From the IMG/VR virus record IMGVR_UViG_3300017784_000974, positions 1-39,819 of that record: a stretch of 39,819 bases of DNA. One strand, written 5' to 3'. Both the position numbers and the translations under genes were made by a program. Source of the DNA: a virus (Duplodnaviria > Caudoviricetes). The notes under the pieces are model-generated. The model was not told the DNA's origin. It was given only the letters and a program-made list of their open reading frames with translations, and searched no databases. Positions 9,443-19,694 of this stretch are shown piece after piece; the stretch's first letter is position 1; every line of letters starts with the position of its first letter.

Positions 9443-11692
9443 ATGCCAGCACCGGGTCAGAATCAAGATAGAGTTGATAGAAGTAGAAAATCTACTGGAT
9501 CAACCTCAGCGGCAAACGACTCCGGTTGGAGTGATATCGGTGGTGGCCTTCGCAGCATCTTTGATGGCGTTAGCAATACGGTGGCTGACGGGCTCAGGGG
9601 TCTTGGCTTCGGAGAACCAAATACAGCGCAGCAAAATGCTAATATGGGTCGCCAGAGAGGTGTGACAGGAGCCCGTAGTGGCGGCCCGGGACAAACCCGT
9701 GAGATCGTTAGAAAAAATCCTCAGACACCTTCTGCCCCAGCCGCTTCAGCCCCAGCTTCACCCGCAGCCTTACGAACAGCCGCTAATCTTCAGAATTACC
9801 TCTCGGATCTTCAGAGAATTGCAATCGGTGAAGCAGACGCACAGGAAGCCCTTGCCAGATTTGGTATAGCCCCTGAACAGTCAATGTTTAGTTATCGAGA
9901 ATCTTTCCCAGAATTTGGTGACTCAATGTCTAATCTGTCTCTTCCCGAGATTATTAAACGATTTGGTAATATGTCCCAGAACCCCGAACCTTTTGCTGAG
10001 GGTGGTAGAGTAGGAGAGAATACTGACGCTCGTGGTGATGACCGTGTTCGTCCCCGTCCTGACCCAGGCGTCTCCACAGACCTTGCAAAATTCGGTGACA
10101 TGCTCCGTGATCTTATGATGATTACCCCTAAAACAGATGGCCGAGGTATTGAAAATCCTTTCGGTGCGCCCAATAAACCTCAAGCCCGTAGACCACAGAA
10201 GCCTCCCCAGATTACTCCCGGCGGTCTTATGCCCCGTGATCTTATGATGATTACCCCTAACACAGATGGCCGAGGTATTGAAAATCCTTTCGGTGCGCCC
10301 GATAAACCTCAAGCCCGTAGACCACAGAAGCCTTCCCAGATTACTCCCGGCGGTCGTATGCCCCCTGACCTGTCGATTGACGTATCTCCTCTACTTCCTC
10401 CGGGACAGTCTCCACGAGAAAGGGAACTAGCAAGAACCAGAAATCAACTAGATGTCCTGAGTCTTATGGAGGCCGTTAAAAACGAGCCTGAGATTACCGA
10501 AGCAACCTACCCGGGTATGCCCCCTGACCTGTCGATTGACGTATCTCGTCTACTTCCTCCGGATATGACACAAGAGAGAACCCCCGGAAGAAGTAGAACC
10601 GAAGCAGCCTACCCGGGTATGTCACCGGATGACCAGAGTCTTTTTGATTTCAACGATGCCGAAGATCTTAAGGAGCAAGATCGTGCCGTTTATGACGACC
10701 TTTTTCTTGGCGAAGGAGACATATACTCACGATTTATTTCAAATGTAGAAGGCTCTAGCACAGAAGGATATGTTGTCCGGAGTGACGAAGATTCTAACAA
10801 AGCCCAAGGGCAGTCTGGAGTGGCTATCGCTAATGGCCTTGATTTTGGCCAACACGATGAGCAGTCTCTTAGAAACATGGGTCTTACAGAGGATCTAATT
10901 GAAAGGTTCCGCCCATATTTAGGCAAGCAAGGAGATCTGGCTATAAGTTTTCTTGCTGATAATCCTTTGAGAATCACCAATGAAGAAAAAAACTTTATTC
11001 AAAATAAACTAAATGTGTATGAATATAACAAGCTTAGAAGTATTTGGAATTCTTCAGAAGATACATCTTCTTCTTTTGAAGACCTAACTCCAGAGCAGCA
11101 GACTGTTGTGCTTTCTGTTTATAGGCAGTATGGTAATTTAGCTGAAGCAACACCAAGATTTTGGGCCGCTGCAAGTTCTGGTGATTGGGATGCGGTTGAG
11201 GATGAACTAAGAAACTTTGGGGATGATTATGATTCACGAAGACGCCAAGAAGCTGATCTTCTTTACACCGGTTCCCGTTTCGCCCATGGCGGCCCCGTCT
11301 CTTCCCGCAACAGGGCACTCCCCATGGTCGAGGGTGATCACGTTGTCCCTGCCCATGCAGTCAAGGGCAACGAGGGTGGCCTTGCAGCCCTATCCCAAAA
11401 GCTAATGGATAACCAGAACTACAATGGTATGATCAGTGGTCCCGGTGGTCCTCGTGATGATGCTATCAAAACCCGTGTCTATGCAGCAGGCGGTGGAATC
11501 TCGGGTAAGATGGACAATCTACAGAACCCTTTTAATTCTGTCCCGGCTCGTGTCTCAAACAAAGAATACGTCATTCCCCGTGACGCCATCACAAACCTTG
11601 GTATGATGAATGGTGCCCAAGAAAGCGATGCAAACAAAGTTGGTCAGGATATGATTTATCAATTAGTTGAACACTTAAAAAGGAAGACATAA
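9443..11692 (+). CDS. Internal virion (ejection) protein with pesticin-type muramidase domain
   Basis: AGGAG RBS; FIS.VEG...GYV...SGVAIANGLDFGQ..PYLG..TVVLS..RQYG..TPRFW..W..V.DELRNFGD.Y.SRR..EADLL at about 10730-11270; FAxGG and GPGGPRDD..PARVS..EYVIP motifs. Confidence 0.75.
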   Translation: MPAPGQNQDRVDRSRKSTGSTSAANDSGWSDIGGGLRSIFDGVSNTVADGLRGLGFGEPNTAQQNANMGRQRGVTGARSGGPGQTREIVRKNPQTPSAPAASAPASPAALRTAANLQNYLSDLQRIAIGEADAQEALARFGIAPEQSMFSYRESFPEFGDSMSNLSLPEIIKRFGNMSQNPEPFAEGGRVGENTDARGDDRVRPRPDPGVSTDLAKFGDMLRDLMMITPKTDGRGIENPFGAPNKPQARRPQKPPQITPGGLMPRDLMMITPNTDGRGIENPFGAPDKPQARRPQKPSQITPGGRMPPDLSIDVSPLLPPGQSPRERELARTRNQLDVLSLMEAVKNEPEITEATYPGMPPDLSIDVSRLLPPDMTQERTPGRSRTEAAYPGMSPDDQSLFDFNDAEDLKEQDRAVYDDLFLGEGDIYSRFISNVEGSSTEGYVVRSDEDSNKAQGQSGVAIANGLDFGQHDEQSLRNMGLTEDLIERFRPYLGKQGDLAISFLADNPLRITNEEKNFIQNKLNVYEYNKLRSIWNSSEDTSSSFEDLTPEQQTVVLSVYRQYGNLAEATPRFWAAASSGDWDAVEDELRNFGDDYDSRRRQEADLLYTGSRFAHGGPVSSRNRALPMVEGDHVVPAHAVKGNEGGLAALSQKLMDNQNYNGMISGPGGPRDDAIKTRVYAAGGGISGKMDNLQNPFNSVPARVSNKEYVIPRDAITNLGMMNGAQESDANKVGQDMIYQLVEHLKRKT
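10105..10362 (+). repeat. 129-bp (43-aa) tandem duplication inside the ejection protein
   Basis: ccgtgatcttatgatgattacccctaa.acagatggccgagg starts at 10105 and 10234. Confidence 0.95.
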
Positions 11693-13422
11693 TGGGATTT
11701 CTTGACAGTCTTTTTAAACCGGGAGATATTGAAGAACAAGGACAAATCAAGTCCCAGACTAATTTTCCGCAGTGGTACAACCGTCTTAATCAGGCTAACC
11801 TTCTCAGAGCTACTGAGACTTCGTTCGAGCCGTATCAGGCATATCAGGGACCACGGCAGGCTCTTTCTGGTAAAAATCAAAGGAACGCACGTCAGGGCAT
11901 CAGCGACATTTCAGGAATTGCTGCCCCGTCTTTTGCCGAGGCAATGAATCAGTCAAGACTAGGTGCAACTCAGTTAGCCGGGACCGACATGCGCCCATAC
12001 ATGTCCCCCTATCAGCAGGGTGTTACTGACATTGCCCTGAGAGAAGCCCGTAAACAGGGTGACATCCAACGTAACCGGCTTAACTCTCAGGCCACTCTTT
12101 CCGGTGCCTTTGGTGGTTCTCGTGCGGCCCTTGAACAAATGGAATCTGAAAGAAATATCCAGCAGAATCTGGGGGACATTCAGGCAACGGGATCACAGCA
12201 AGCCTTCGAGAACGCCATTGCCCAGCTAATGGGTGACCGTGCAGCGGCATCACAGGCTGCTCCACAGATGGCTGCTTTAGGAACAGGACTTCAGGGAGTG
12301 CTCACATCAGGTCTGAAAGAATCCGAACTTGCCGGTGAGCGGGAACGTTCTGAACGTCAGGGTGCCCTTGATACCGCATATCAGGACTTCTTAACACAGC
12401 GCCAGTACCCTATGGCACAGGCATCTGGCTTACAGAGCCTTCTTACCGGAGCTTCGGTCCCCGGATCATCCCTACAAACCACGTTTGGGCAACCCCCATC
12501 CGTGGGAGGACAGATAGCTGGTGCTGCACTGGCCGCCGCATCCCTCTTCGCAAAAGACGGCGGAGAGATCGGTGTACGAAGATATCAGGACGGTTATGAG
12601 GTCGAAGACTTAAACCAAGATCTACAGGCTCTGTCTTCGTCCTTGTCTGATTGGTTTAACACACAGTTTGAAACAGGTGTCGGTGATCTTGAAAACATTC
12701 CTACCCAGACTTGGCATGGGTTGTATGGTGATCCCCCGCCGGGACCATCTTTTCAAACATATTTTGCCGCACGACAAGCAGCCGCAGACCAGGCAAAGCT
12801 GCTTGACAACGGTGGACCAAGATTTGAGCCTGATGTTGCACAGCGATTCCTTATGACTGACGAAGCCCCAGACACAGCCCCAGACACAGCCCCAGACACA
12901 GACACAGACACAGACACAGACACAGACACAGACACAGACGATACAGAATCCGGGAAAGGCTTTGACTACAACTCACTCCTAGAACTCGGCCTTGGTATGA
13001 TGGCAGCAGGGGCAGTCCCCGGTTCCACTGTTGCAGGTTCTCTTGGTCAGGGTGGTCTCTCGGCTCTTCAGAAGAGAAGAGACGCAGATGCCCTAAGCAG
13101 AAAAGAGGATCTGGAAAACAGACAGCTTGATATTATAGAAAGGGGTCAGGATCAGGAATATATGGCTGATCTTTCAGCCCGTGATCGGGATTTCTTAGAG
13201 GATAAACTCGAAACTGTTGATAATGATATAACAAGTATTTATGGTCAGCTTAAGGATATCTCGGAAAATGTACAACTGAACGGAATTTCAGTAACGGGCC
13301 AAAGTAAAGCAGAACTAGAAGATACGCTAATACAGCTTATACTGTCTCAAAGCGTTCTGCGGGGGCGGTTAGGATTTGACAATGGAGGCGTTCTTGTTCC
13401 AGGAGACGCCCTAGACTATTAA
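11692..13422 (+). CDS. Internal virion (DNA ejection/pilot) protein
   Basis: TAATG coupling; Gln/Ala/Gly-rich, YMSPYQQ.V, GAFGGSR, AYQDF..Q.QYP. Confidence 0.7.
   Translation: MGFLDSLFKPGDIEEQGQIKSQTNFPQWYNRLNQANLLRATETSFEPYQAYQGPRQALSGKNQRNARQGISDISGIAAPSFAEAMNQSRLGATQLAGTDMRPYMSPYQQGVTDIALREARKQGDIQRNRLNSQATLSGAFGGSRAALEQMESERNIQQNLGDIQATGSQQAFENAIAQLMGDRAAASQAAPQMAALGTGLQGVLTSGLKESELAGERERSERQGALDTAYQDFLTQRQYPMAQASGLQSLLTGASVPGSSLQTTFGQPPSVGGQIAGAALAAASLFAKDGGEIGVRRYQDGYEVEDLNQDLQALSSSLSDWFNTQFETGVGDLENIPTQTWHGLYGDPPPGPSFQTYFAARQAAADQAKLLDNGGPRFEPDVAQRFLMTDEAPDTAPDTAPDTDTDTDTDTDTDTDDTESGKGFDYNSLLELGLGMMAAGAVPGSTVAGSLGQGGLSALQKRRDADALSRKEDLENRQLDIIERGQDQEYMADLSARDRDFLEDKLETVDNDITSIYGQLKDISENVQLNGISVTGQSKAELEDTLIQLILSQSVLRGRLGFDNGGVLVPGDALDY
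12865..12939 (+). repeat. Coding microsatellite (GCCCCAGACACA)3 running into (GACACA)7
   Basis: Read directly; encodes APDTAPDTAPDTDTDTDTDTDTDTD. Confidence 0.95.
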
Positions 13423-13437
13423 CTGTAGAGAAAAACT

Positions 13438-16400
13438 ATGTCAGAACTAACCCTTAATTCTTTTGGTAAAACCTATACCTTTAGGGACGATGTTACCATG
13501 GAAGAGGCCATAGCTGATGTCCGTGGTAAATTAAATCCTAAGTATGCAGGAACAAATATTGAAAGATTATTCAATTCAAATCTAAATCTGGCGGTTGAAC
13601 AGGCTGACCCAACCCGGTTCGCCATCGACCGCTCCCTATTTGGCGAAGCCGTGAACGGCATACAACTAGGGTTCAACAACTTCTTAGGCTCCACGATCAG
13701 TGGCGTTGAGTCTGTCCCAGAAGCAATCTTTGGTACCGAACTCTTTGGTAACTATTTCCAAGATTGGGGCACCGACTTCATGGACGAAGGCCTACGTAAC
13801 TATAGGCCCGGACGTTCTTACGAGTGGGCCGGGAATCTCGGCAATGCCTTGGGATCTATCGGTGGCTTCATGGCAGGCATGGGCGCTGCCGCAGTTACCG
13901 GCGCTGCGGTTGCCGCAACAGCCCCGATCTCATTAACGGCTGGCGTTGCGGCATCTGGTTTTTCCTTGGCCGCTGGTCTGGCTCTTGGTGCCGCCTCATC
14001 AGGTGACGAGGCAAACAGACGAGCCCAAGCAGCCGGAGCAACCGAAGAAGAAGCTAGAATATCCACCATTGGCGGGGCACTTTTAGGTCTCACCGAGGCA
14101 TTGCCGGCAGGAAGAATTCTTCCCTTCGGATCACGCTTCCTCGCAGCAGCATCTGGGGGAAAACTCGGCGCTGTGACGAAACAGCGGACCATGGGTCTTA
14201 TCCCCGATGACGCAACGTATTACCGAAAGCTTGAACAAATCAGGGACGAGTCAAAGTTTCTTCTCAGGTATGCAAAAGAGGTCGCAATAGATGCCGGGCT
14301 TGAAGGATCACAGGAAGCACTACAGGCCATTGGTCAAAACCTGATTGAACACTACGTCTACAATCCTGATCAGCCTATCGTAGACATGGCTTCTATCGAA
14401 GAGGGCCTATACGGCGGCTCCGCTGGTATGATCATGTCCCTGATTACATCACCTTTCAAGGTCCGTGGTAACCCAGCAGGGAACGTACTAAACAGGGAAA
14501 AAGCATTAGATACTGCTGCTCGTACTTCTCTTAACAGGGGCTTCGAATCGGGCAGTCCCTTACAAGGACATATCAACACTCTCCCAAGTGGGACAGTACG
14601 TACTCTTGCAGCGGCATCAGAAGCCGTAACAAAAAAACTTGGTACCCCTATTCTATTAGATGAGGACACCGGAGTGGTGGCAGAAGGTCCTGTATCTCTT
14701 ATCCCAAAGATTAGTCCATTCTCAGAAAAATTCATTATTCCAGCATCACTATCCCCAGAACAACAGACAGAAGTTATAAACGCACTGGGTAAACCAAATG
14801 TTGTCATGGAAAAGGACGTGACCCCTGCAAATTTGGAAGCTGCTGCCAGCAAATCTGATCAAACTTTCCGAAGATTCAGAGAGAATCTTACCAAAAAATC
14901 AAAGATCCCATTACCCGCCGGTACAGTTGAAGTTGATATTGCGAAATTAAGTACAGCCGCTCCCGTAGCGATTAAAAAGATTATTGACCCAATACAAAAG
15001 AAACTTGAAGTTCTTCTTCCGGGTGTATCCCTTTTAGAAGCATACACCAAGCCTAAAGCATTTGCTCAAAAAGTGGATAGTTTGTATGGAAAAGGAACCT
15101 CAGAATTTCTTAACATTACTAAGTTACAAGAGGGAGGTAAGCTCACCGAAAAGGCCACGAAGCTTAAGACAGGCGAGAAAACATACGCCACCAAGGTAAC
15201 CGAGAAGGCTCAAGCCGAATTACAATCTATCGTTACGGGTCTTGAACAGCAAGCGAAAGCGGCGGAAATCGGTAATAGACGTGCGGCGACCTACTTGGAT
15301 CGTATCGGTGCCAACCCTGATAAAAAAGCTGTCCGTGGTGAAGTTAAAAGAGGTGCCCAGTTTCCGGCACAATCTAAGGACTTGAGACCCTTTAGCAGTA
15401 AGGCGCAGGAAACTCTGGTTAAAGATATCCGTAAGCTCGCCGGGGACAAGGTCAACGTCATGTTTTCCGGGGCAACTAAAATCCGGGACATGTACAACAA
15501 ATTCTCCGGGGGTAAATTTCAAACGGTCCTTGGGTTTACCTTGGGCACAGGTGACGCAATCGTCTTAAACACGGACTATGTCAAAAATAACCCCAGAGCC
15601 TCAGTGGATATTCTTGTCGGCGAGGAAGCCTTCCACGTTGCCCAGACAATGTTCCTCACCGATGGTGAACAAAAAATTCTGAGAGAAGTCTTCACCCCAG
15701 AGCTTGCAAAACAGAACGGTATCGATCTCGGGTCATACACTGATCCAGAAATGAAGATACTTGAGGCACAAGCCAAGCTCATGGGCAAGGCCTATGCAAA
15801 GGGTCTCGACTCAATCAAAGGACTGCCCCAGAAGAAGAAGGGCTTCATCCGCACAATCATGGCCAAACTGCTAAAGGGTCTCAAGTCCTTGGCCGGAATC
15901 GCCAAGAAAAATAACAACGAGTACCAGAGTATCGATGAAATCTTTGATGCGTTCTCCTCTGGAGAATTGGCCAGACCCTCACAGGCACGGTCAGCATCTC
16001 TGATTGACAATACGAATCTTAACAAGATCTACGCCTCTGGTGATCAAGGATCATTACCTCTGATCAAAACCCTAGAGAGTAAAATTGAGCCCGGTAAGAA
16101 AGCCTTGAAATCTACTTTTCAGGCTATGTACGATTGGACCTATTCCAAGGTTAACACATCTTGGGACTTCTTTAGTAAGTACGAAGGTCTTGGTTCGGTT
16201 GCCAAAATCGTTCGAAAAATTGAAGATAAATATGAAAGTGTTTTAAGAGGTGTACGTGATCGAACCAGTGAAGGACATTTGAATAAACTAATCGAGTCAG
16301 AGAAGGCCACTCTCAATGTCCTATTTGACTTGGTTAAGTATGTCATGGACGAACGGCTCAAACCAGGAACAGTTGTAGACGAAAAATTCCTCAGGGATCT

Positions 16401-19212
16401 TGGGATCACTAATGAAAACACAATCAACAAAATTCTTAAAGAGCCATCAACGGTCTCACGTGAAGATTTCTATGGTCAGGACCTTGTTCACCAAGATCCA
16501 TCAGTGGGAAGAGGCATGACTTTCCGAGTTGAACCCGGCTCAGTACTGAGTGATGTGGTGAAAGAAACCGGAGACGCACTAAACTTTATCTACGATGAAA
16601 AAGTAGAAGCTATCGTGGAAACCTTGTTGAACCAAGCAAACGATGCCATCAGAATTGATAGCAAAGACGGGGAATCTTATGTCCCAATAACTTTCAAAGA
16701 TATTCAAGAAAACAAAGAAAGCCTAGCTAGCAAAATTAATCAGCTAGAGCAGAACGGGATTACCGAATCTTTGATCAACCCCTTTAGAGAGACTCTGACT
16801 ATTTACACAAAGGCTCTAAAGAAAAAAGGTATTTTATATTCTCCGTCACTTCGTACTGGATCTTATGGTTTCAATTTCACTTACATTGACAGGAACGGGA
16901 GAACCATTAAAGGTTTTAAAATGATACCCGATGGAACCGTACTAAAGAAATCTGTGAGAAAAGCCAGAGAGTTTTCGATAAAGTTTTTTAAAGATAATCC
17001 CTTATACAGACCCATGGCCCGTGATAGTGAATCTCCCGGTTCTCCGGAAAACGTTGTTTTCACGGTAGATCGAAATGACTTTTTAAAAGATCTGGACATT
17101 GATGATGTCAGTAAAATTCTAAGTATCTTTGATACTATCCAATTAGAAAATGCCACCTATACAGATAGAGAGTTAGCCGATTTCAGAAAAAAACTGGCGG
17201 CAAAACTTAGTAAGGACGTGGCAACGAGAGCTCTTCCAAAATCAAACAGCGTCCCCGGGCACTTGACCAATGAGAATTTGTCCTCGTATCTGAGTAGCGG
17301 GTGGAACGACTTTATCTCAGGACAGGCCAACATTATTTCTCGTCTGCCTAATAACGCTCTTCTTCAGAAAGAGATACGTAAGGCAGAAAGAGATTCTTCT
17401 ATTCCAGAAGATGTGTCTAAACAGATTCAAGAGGTCTGGGGAAAGGACGGTTATCTTTCTAAACATAGTGAACTCTCAGATTTTGCCAAGAGAAGTGCCT
17501 TTACGTTCTGGCTCGGTGGGAACTTGTCGTCAGCTATTGTAAATCTGGTTGGTCTTTTCCACACAACCTTACCTTACATGCTGGCAATTGCTGGTAATCC
17601 AGCACAGGCTCTGCAGGCTTTAACCAAGGGAACAAAGATCGCCCTGCTTATGACAAAACAGATGTCGATAAAAGCCCCAAAAGTCGGAGCCCTTTCTTGG
17701 AGAGACAAGTTTACTCAGTTCGCCGACAGACCCTTTGACTTTACAAAGAAACCTGCGGGACTCTCAGACGCAGACTGGGCTGTATTACAGAGTATTCAGC
17801 CTACCCTACAGCCTATGCAGCTTTCAGATATCACATCTAATTTGGCACAAAAAGGATTGTACAAAGGTAATAATCCTGCGGCCCGTGCCATTGCAACAGT
17901 AATTCAGGGATCAGGCTTTGCCTTTGCATGGGTTGAACAATTCAACCGAGTTGCCACGGCCATTGCTGCTATCGAATTAGCTAAGAAGTCCCCCGAAAAA
18001 TCTAAACTGCTTTTTGAAGCCGAGGGTAAAAACAGATTCGGGGAATATACACTAGAGAATTTTGTCATGTTCTCTGTCGAAAAGACCCAGTTCAAGTTTG
18101 ATAAGACTGAACGTCCTGCATATAACCGTGGTCCTATCCGTGGAATTGTTACGCAGTTCCTACCATACCAGACAAAGGTTTTCAGATATTATCTAGGCGC
18201 ATTGAACGTAGCCATGACCGGAACCTCTGGCATTGATGTCAACGGCAAGCCAATCAAGATAGATCGTGAAACCAGAAAAGTCTACGCCGCTATGGCTTTG
18301 TATTCGACAATGGGTTTTGTCGCTGGTGGTGGCATCCTTGGTCTCCCCGCCGCTGCGATAATCGGGGATATGCTGTCACTGATTGCTCAGGTCTTCAGCG
18401 ATGAAGAAGAATCCCCTGAAGATTTTCTTATGGATTTGTTAAACGACATAGGGCTTGGTCAGGAAATATCAGGTGCGTTAACAAACCGTGGTGCGTTATC
18501 ACTATTAGGATTAGAGATTGGTAAACGTACCGGGCTTGAGGGTCCACGTACTCTGTTCCAAAACATTCTTGGTCAGAAAAAAGCAAACCCCGAAGATTTC
18601 TTTGGGCCTGTTGGTGGTATGGTTGGAAGCATTTCAAACGCTGTTAGGCGTTATAACAACGGTGACACCCTATTATCCGTGGTCGAACTGATGCCCCCGG
18701 TTTTCAAGAACCTCTACTTAGCTACGGAGGGGGGCAGACGTGTCAGCCTGTCGGGACGTGAGCTTGGGGTGGAATCTTTTGGCGGCGTAAACTTGGCGGA
18801 CGCTGTCCTGCAAGCAATCGGCTTTGCCCCCACGGCTGTGATCGAAGCCAGAAGCGCCGCTTACAAAGAAATTATGATCAACCGTGATTACAAAGATCGG
18901 GGGAGTATGTTCGCCAATGACCTGAAAAATGCGTACGTTGAACTACTGATCGCACAAGAGGAAGGCGATAAAGATGCTGTCAGAGAATACTCAGAACAAG
19001 CTCAGGTAATTATCATGGCAGCGAGGGAACAGATGCAGGAAAATCCTGACAAACCCTTTAGCTTTAACCCCCGAGACTTGATGCGGTCAGCTTTTGATGA
19101 TTACATCCGCAGGACTGGAAAAGCTTTGCCGTTGACAAATCTACCGAAAGTCGTACGTCCAGAGTTCATTGAGTATCTAGATCAATTTTCATATCGATAC
19201 CAGCCTTCTTAA
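13438..19212 (+). CDS. Large internal virion/ejection protein (polyvalent-protein-like)
   Basis: 1924 aa, last gene of the structural arm; hydrophobic Gly/Ala segments, EEAFH zincin-like site, YSPSLRTG, LGGNLSSAIVNL, TQF..RP...TQF motifs. Confidence 0.7.
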   Translation: MSELTLNSFGKTYTFRDDVTMEEAIADVRGKLNPKYAGTNIERLFNSNLNLAVEQADPTRFAIDRSLFGEAVNGIQLGFNNFLGSTISGVESVPEAIFGTELFGNYFQDWGTDFMDEGLRNYRPGRSYEWAGNLGNALGSIGGFMAGMGAAAVTGAAVAATAPISLTAGVAASGFSLAAGLALGAASSGDEANRRAQAAGATEEEARISTIGGALLGLTEALPAGRILPFGSRFLAAASGGKLGAVTKQRTMGLIPDDATYYRKLEQIRDESKFLLRYAKEVAIDAGLEGSQEALQAIGQNLIEHYVYNPDQPIVDMASIEEGLYGGSAGMIMSLITSPFKVRGNPAGNVLNREKALDTAARTSLNRGFESGSPLQGHINTLPSGTVRTLAAASEAVTKKLGTPILLDEDTGVVAEGPVSLIPKISPFSEKFIIPASLSPEQQTEVINALGKPNVVMEKDVTPANLEAAASKSDQTFRRFRENLTKKSKIPLPAGTVEVDIAKLSTAAPVAIKKIIDPIQKKLEVLLPGVSLLEAYTKPKAFAQKVDSLYGKGTSEFLNITKLQEGGKLTEKATKLKTGEKTYATKVTEKAQAELQSIVTGLEQQAKAAEIGNRRAATYLDRIGANPDKKAVRGEVKRGAQFPAQSKDLRPFSSKAQETLVKDIRKLAGDKVNVMFSGATKIRDMYNKFSGGKFQTVLGFTLGTGDAIVLNTDYVKNNPRASVDILVGEEAFHVAQTMFLTDGEQKILREVFTPELAKQNGIDLGSYTDPEMKILEAQAKLMGKAYAKGLDSIKGLPQKKKGFIRTIMAKLLKGLKSLAGIAKKNNNEYQSIDEIFDAFSSGELARPSQARSASLIDNTNLNKIYASGDQGSLPLIKTLESKIEPGKKALKSTFQAMYDWTYSKVNTSWDFFSKYEGLGSVAKIVRKIEDKYESVLRGVRDRTSEGHLNKLIESEKATLNVLFDLVKYVMDERLKPGTVVDEKFLRDLGITNENTINKILKEPSTVSREDFYGQDLVHQDPSVGRGMTFRVEPGSVLSDVVKETGDALNFIYDEKVEAIVETLLNQANDAIRIDSKDGESYVPITFKDIQENKESLASKINQLEQNGITESLINPFRETLTIYTKALKKKGILYSPSLRTGSYGFNFTYIDRNGRTIKGFKMIPDGTVLKKSVRKAREFSIKFFKDNPLYRPMARDSESPGSPENVVFTVDRNDFLKDLDIDDVSKILSIFDTIQLENATYTDRELADFRKKLAAKLSKDVATRALPKSNSVPGHLTNENLSSYLSSGWNDFISGQANIISRLPNNALLQKEIRKAERDSSIPEDVSKQIQEVWGKDGYLSKHSELSDFAKRSAFTFWLGGNLSSAIVNLVGLFHTTLPYMLAIAGNPAQALQALTKGTKIALLMTKQMSIKAPKVGALSWRDKFTQFADRPFDFTKKPAGLSDADWAVLQSIQPTLQPMQLSDITSNLAQKGLYKGNNPAARAIATVIQGSGFAFAWVEQFNRVATAIAAIELAKKSPEKSKLLFEAEGKNRFGEYTLENFVMFSVEKTQFKFDKTERPAYNRGPIRGIVTQFLPYQTKVFRYYLGALNVAMTGTSGIDVNGKPIKIDRETRKVYAAMALYSTMGFVAGGGILGLPAAAIIGDMLSLIAQVFSDEEESPEDFLMDLLNDIGLGQEISGALTNRGALSLLGLEIGKRTGLEGPRTLFQNILGQKKANPEDFFGPVGGMVGSISNAVRRYNNGDTLLSVVELMPPVFKNLYLATEGGRRVSLSGRELGVESFGGVNLADAVLQAIGFAPTAVIEARSAAYKEIMINRDYKDRGSMFANDLKNAYVELLIAQEEGDKDAVREYSEQAQVIIMAAREQMQENPDKPFSFNPRDLMRSAFDDYIRRTGKALPLTNLPKVVRPEFIEYLDQFSYRYQPS

Positions 19213-19342
19213 CCACCTGAACCTGAGCAGAACCTTGTGAATAGAACACTGGATAATCCGCTGTCTTACATTTACAATTACCATCACATTTACACGTGCT
19301 AGTTTTTAGCTGTTTAGGTTTCGCTTCATAAGTCGTACTCAT
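19166..19342 (-). CDS. Unlisted 58-aa protein with CKCDGNCKC motif
   Basis: AAAGGAGA RBS upstream of ATG at 19342; translated by hand: MSTTYEAKPKQLKTSTCKCDGNCKCKTADYPVFYSQGSAQVQVVKKAGIDMKIDLDTQ*. Confidence 0.6.
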   Translation of the reverse strand: MSTTYEAKPKQLKTSTCKCDGNCKCKTADYPVFYSQGSAQVQVVKKAGIDMKIDLDTQ

Positions 19343-19361
19343 TCAGTTCTCCTTTATGTGA

Positions 19362-19556
19362 TTATTTTTGACAGACTCTTTCATAAACTTCATTATGAAT
19401 TAAGATCTGTCTAGCCGTCCCTTCTGTCAGGACATCATCATGTGAAATAAGAATGGGCTCCATGATAGAGCAGATGTCAATCCCGGCTCCACTTGTCGAG
19501 CAGGCGCTTAGTAACATCAGAAGGAGACATCCGCTTAACATCGGTACGTATTTCAT
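19362..19556 (-). CDS. o-spanin-like lipoprotein (Rz1-like)
   Basis: MKYVPMLSGCLLLMLLSAC lipobox, two further Cys, overlaps 3' end of upstream membrane gene; start reassigned from 19622. Confidence 0.7.
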   Translation of the reverse strand: MKYVPMLSGCLLLMLLSACSTSGAGIDICSIMEPILISHDDVLTEGTARQILIHNEVYERVCQK

Positions 19557-19689
19557 TTTTCTCCTGTGATTTCTTGAGGGACTCCTCAGCATAGTCAGCA
19601 CGGGCTGATCTCTTACCCGCAAAGTATGGCATAATAAAACCAGCTAATTTATTGAATACGCTGAGGACAGTCCCAATTATTGATAACAT
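19477..19689 (-). CDS. i-spanin-like protein (Rz-like)
   Basis: N-terminal hydrophobic helix then charged helical region; overlaps lipoprotein gene. Confidence 0.6.
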   Translation of the reverse strand: MLSIIGTVLSVFNKLAGFIMPYFAGKRSARADYAEESLKKSQEKNEIRTDVKRMSPSDVTKRLLDKWSRD

Positions 19690-19694
19690 CGTAT

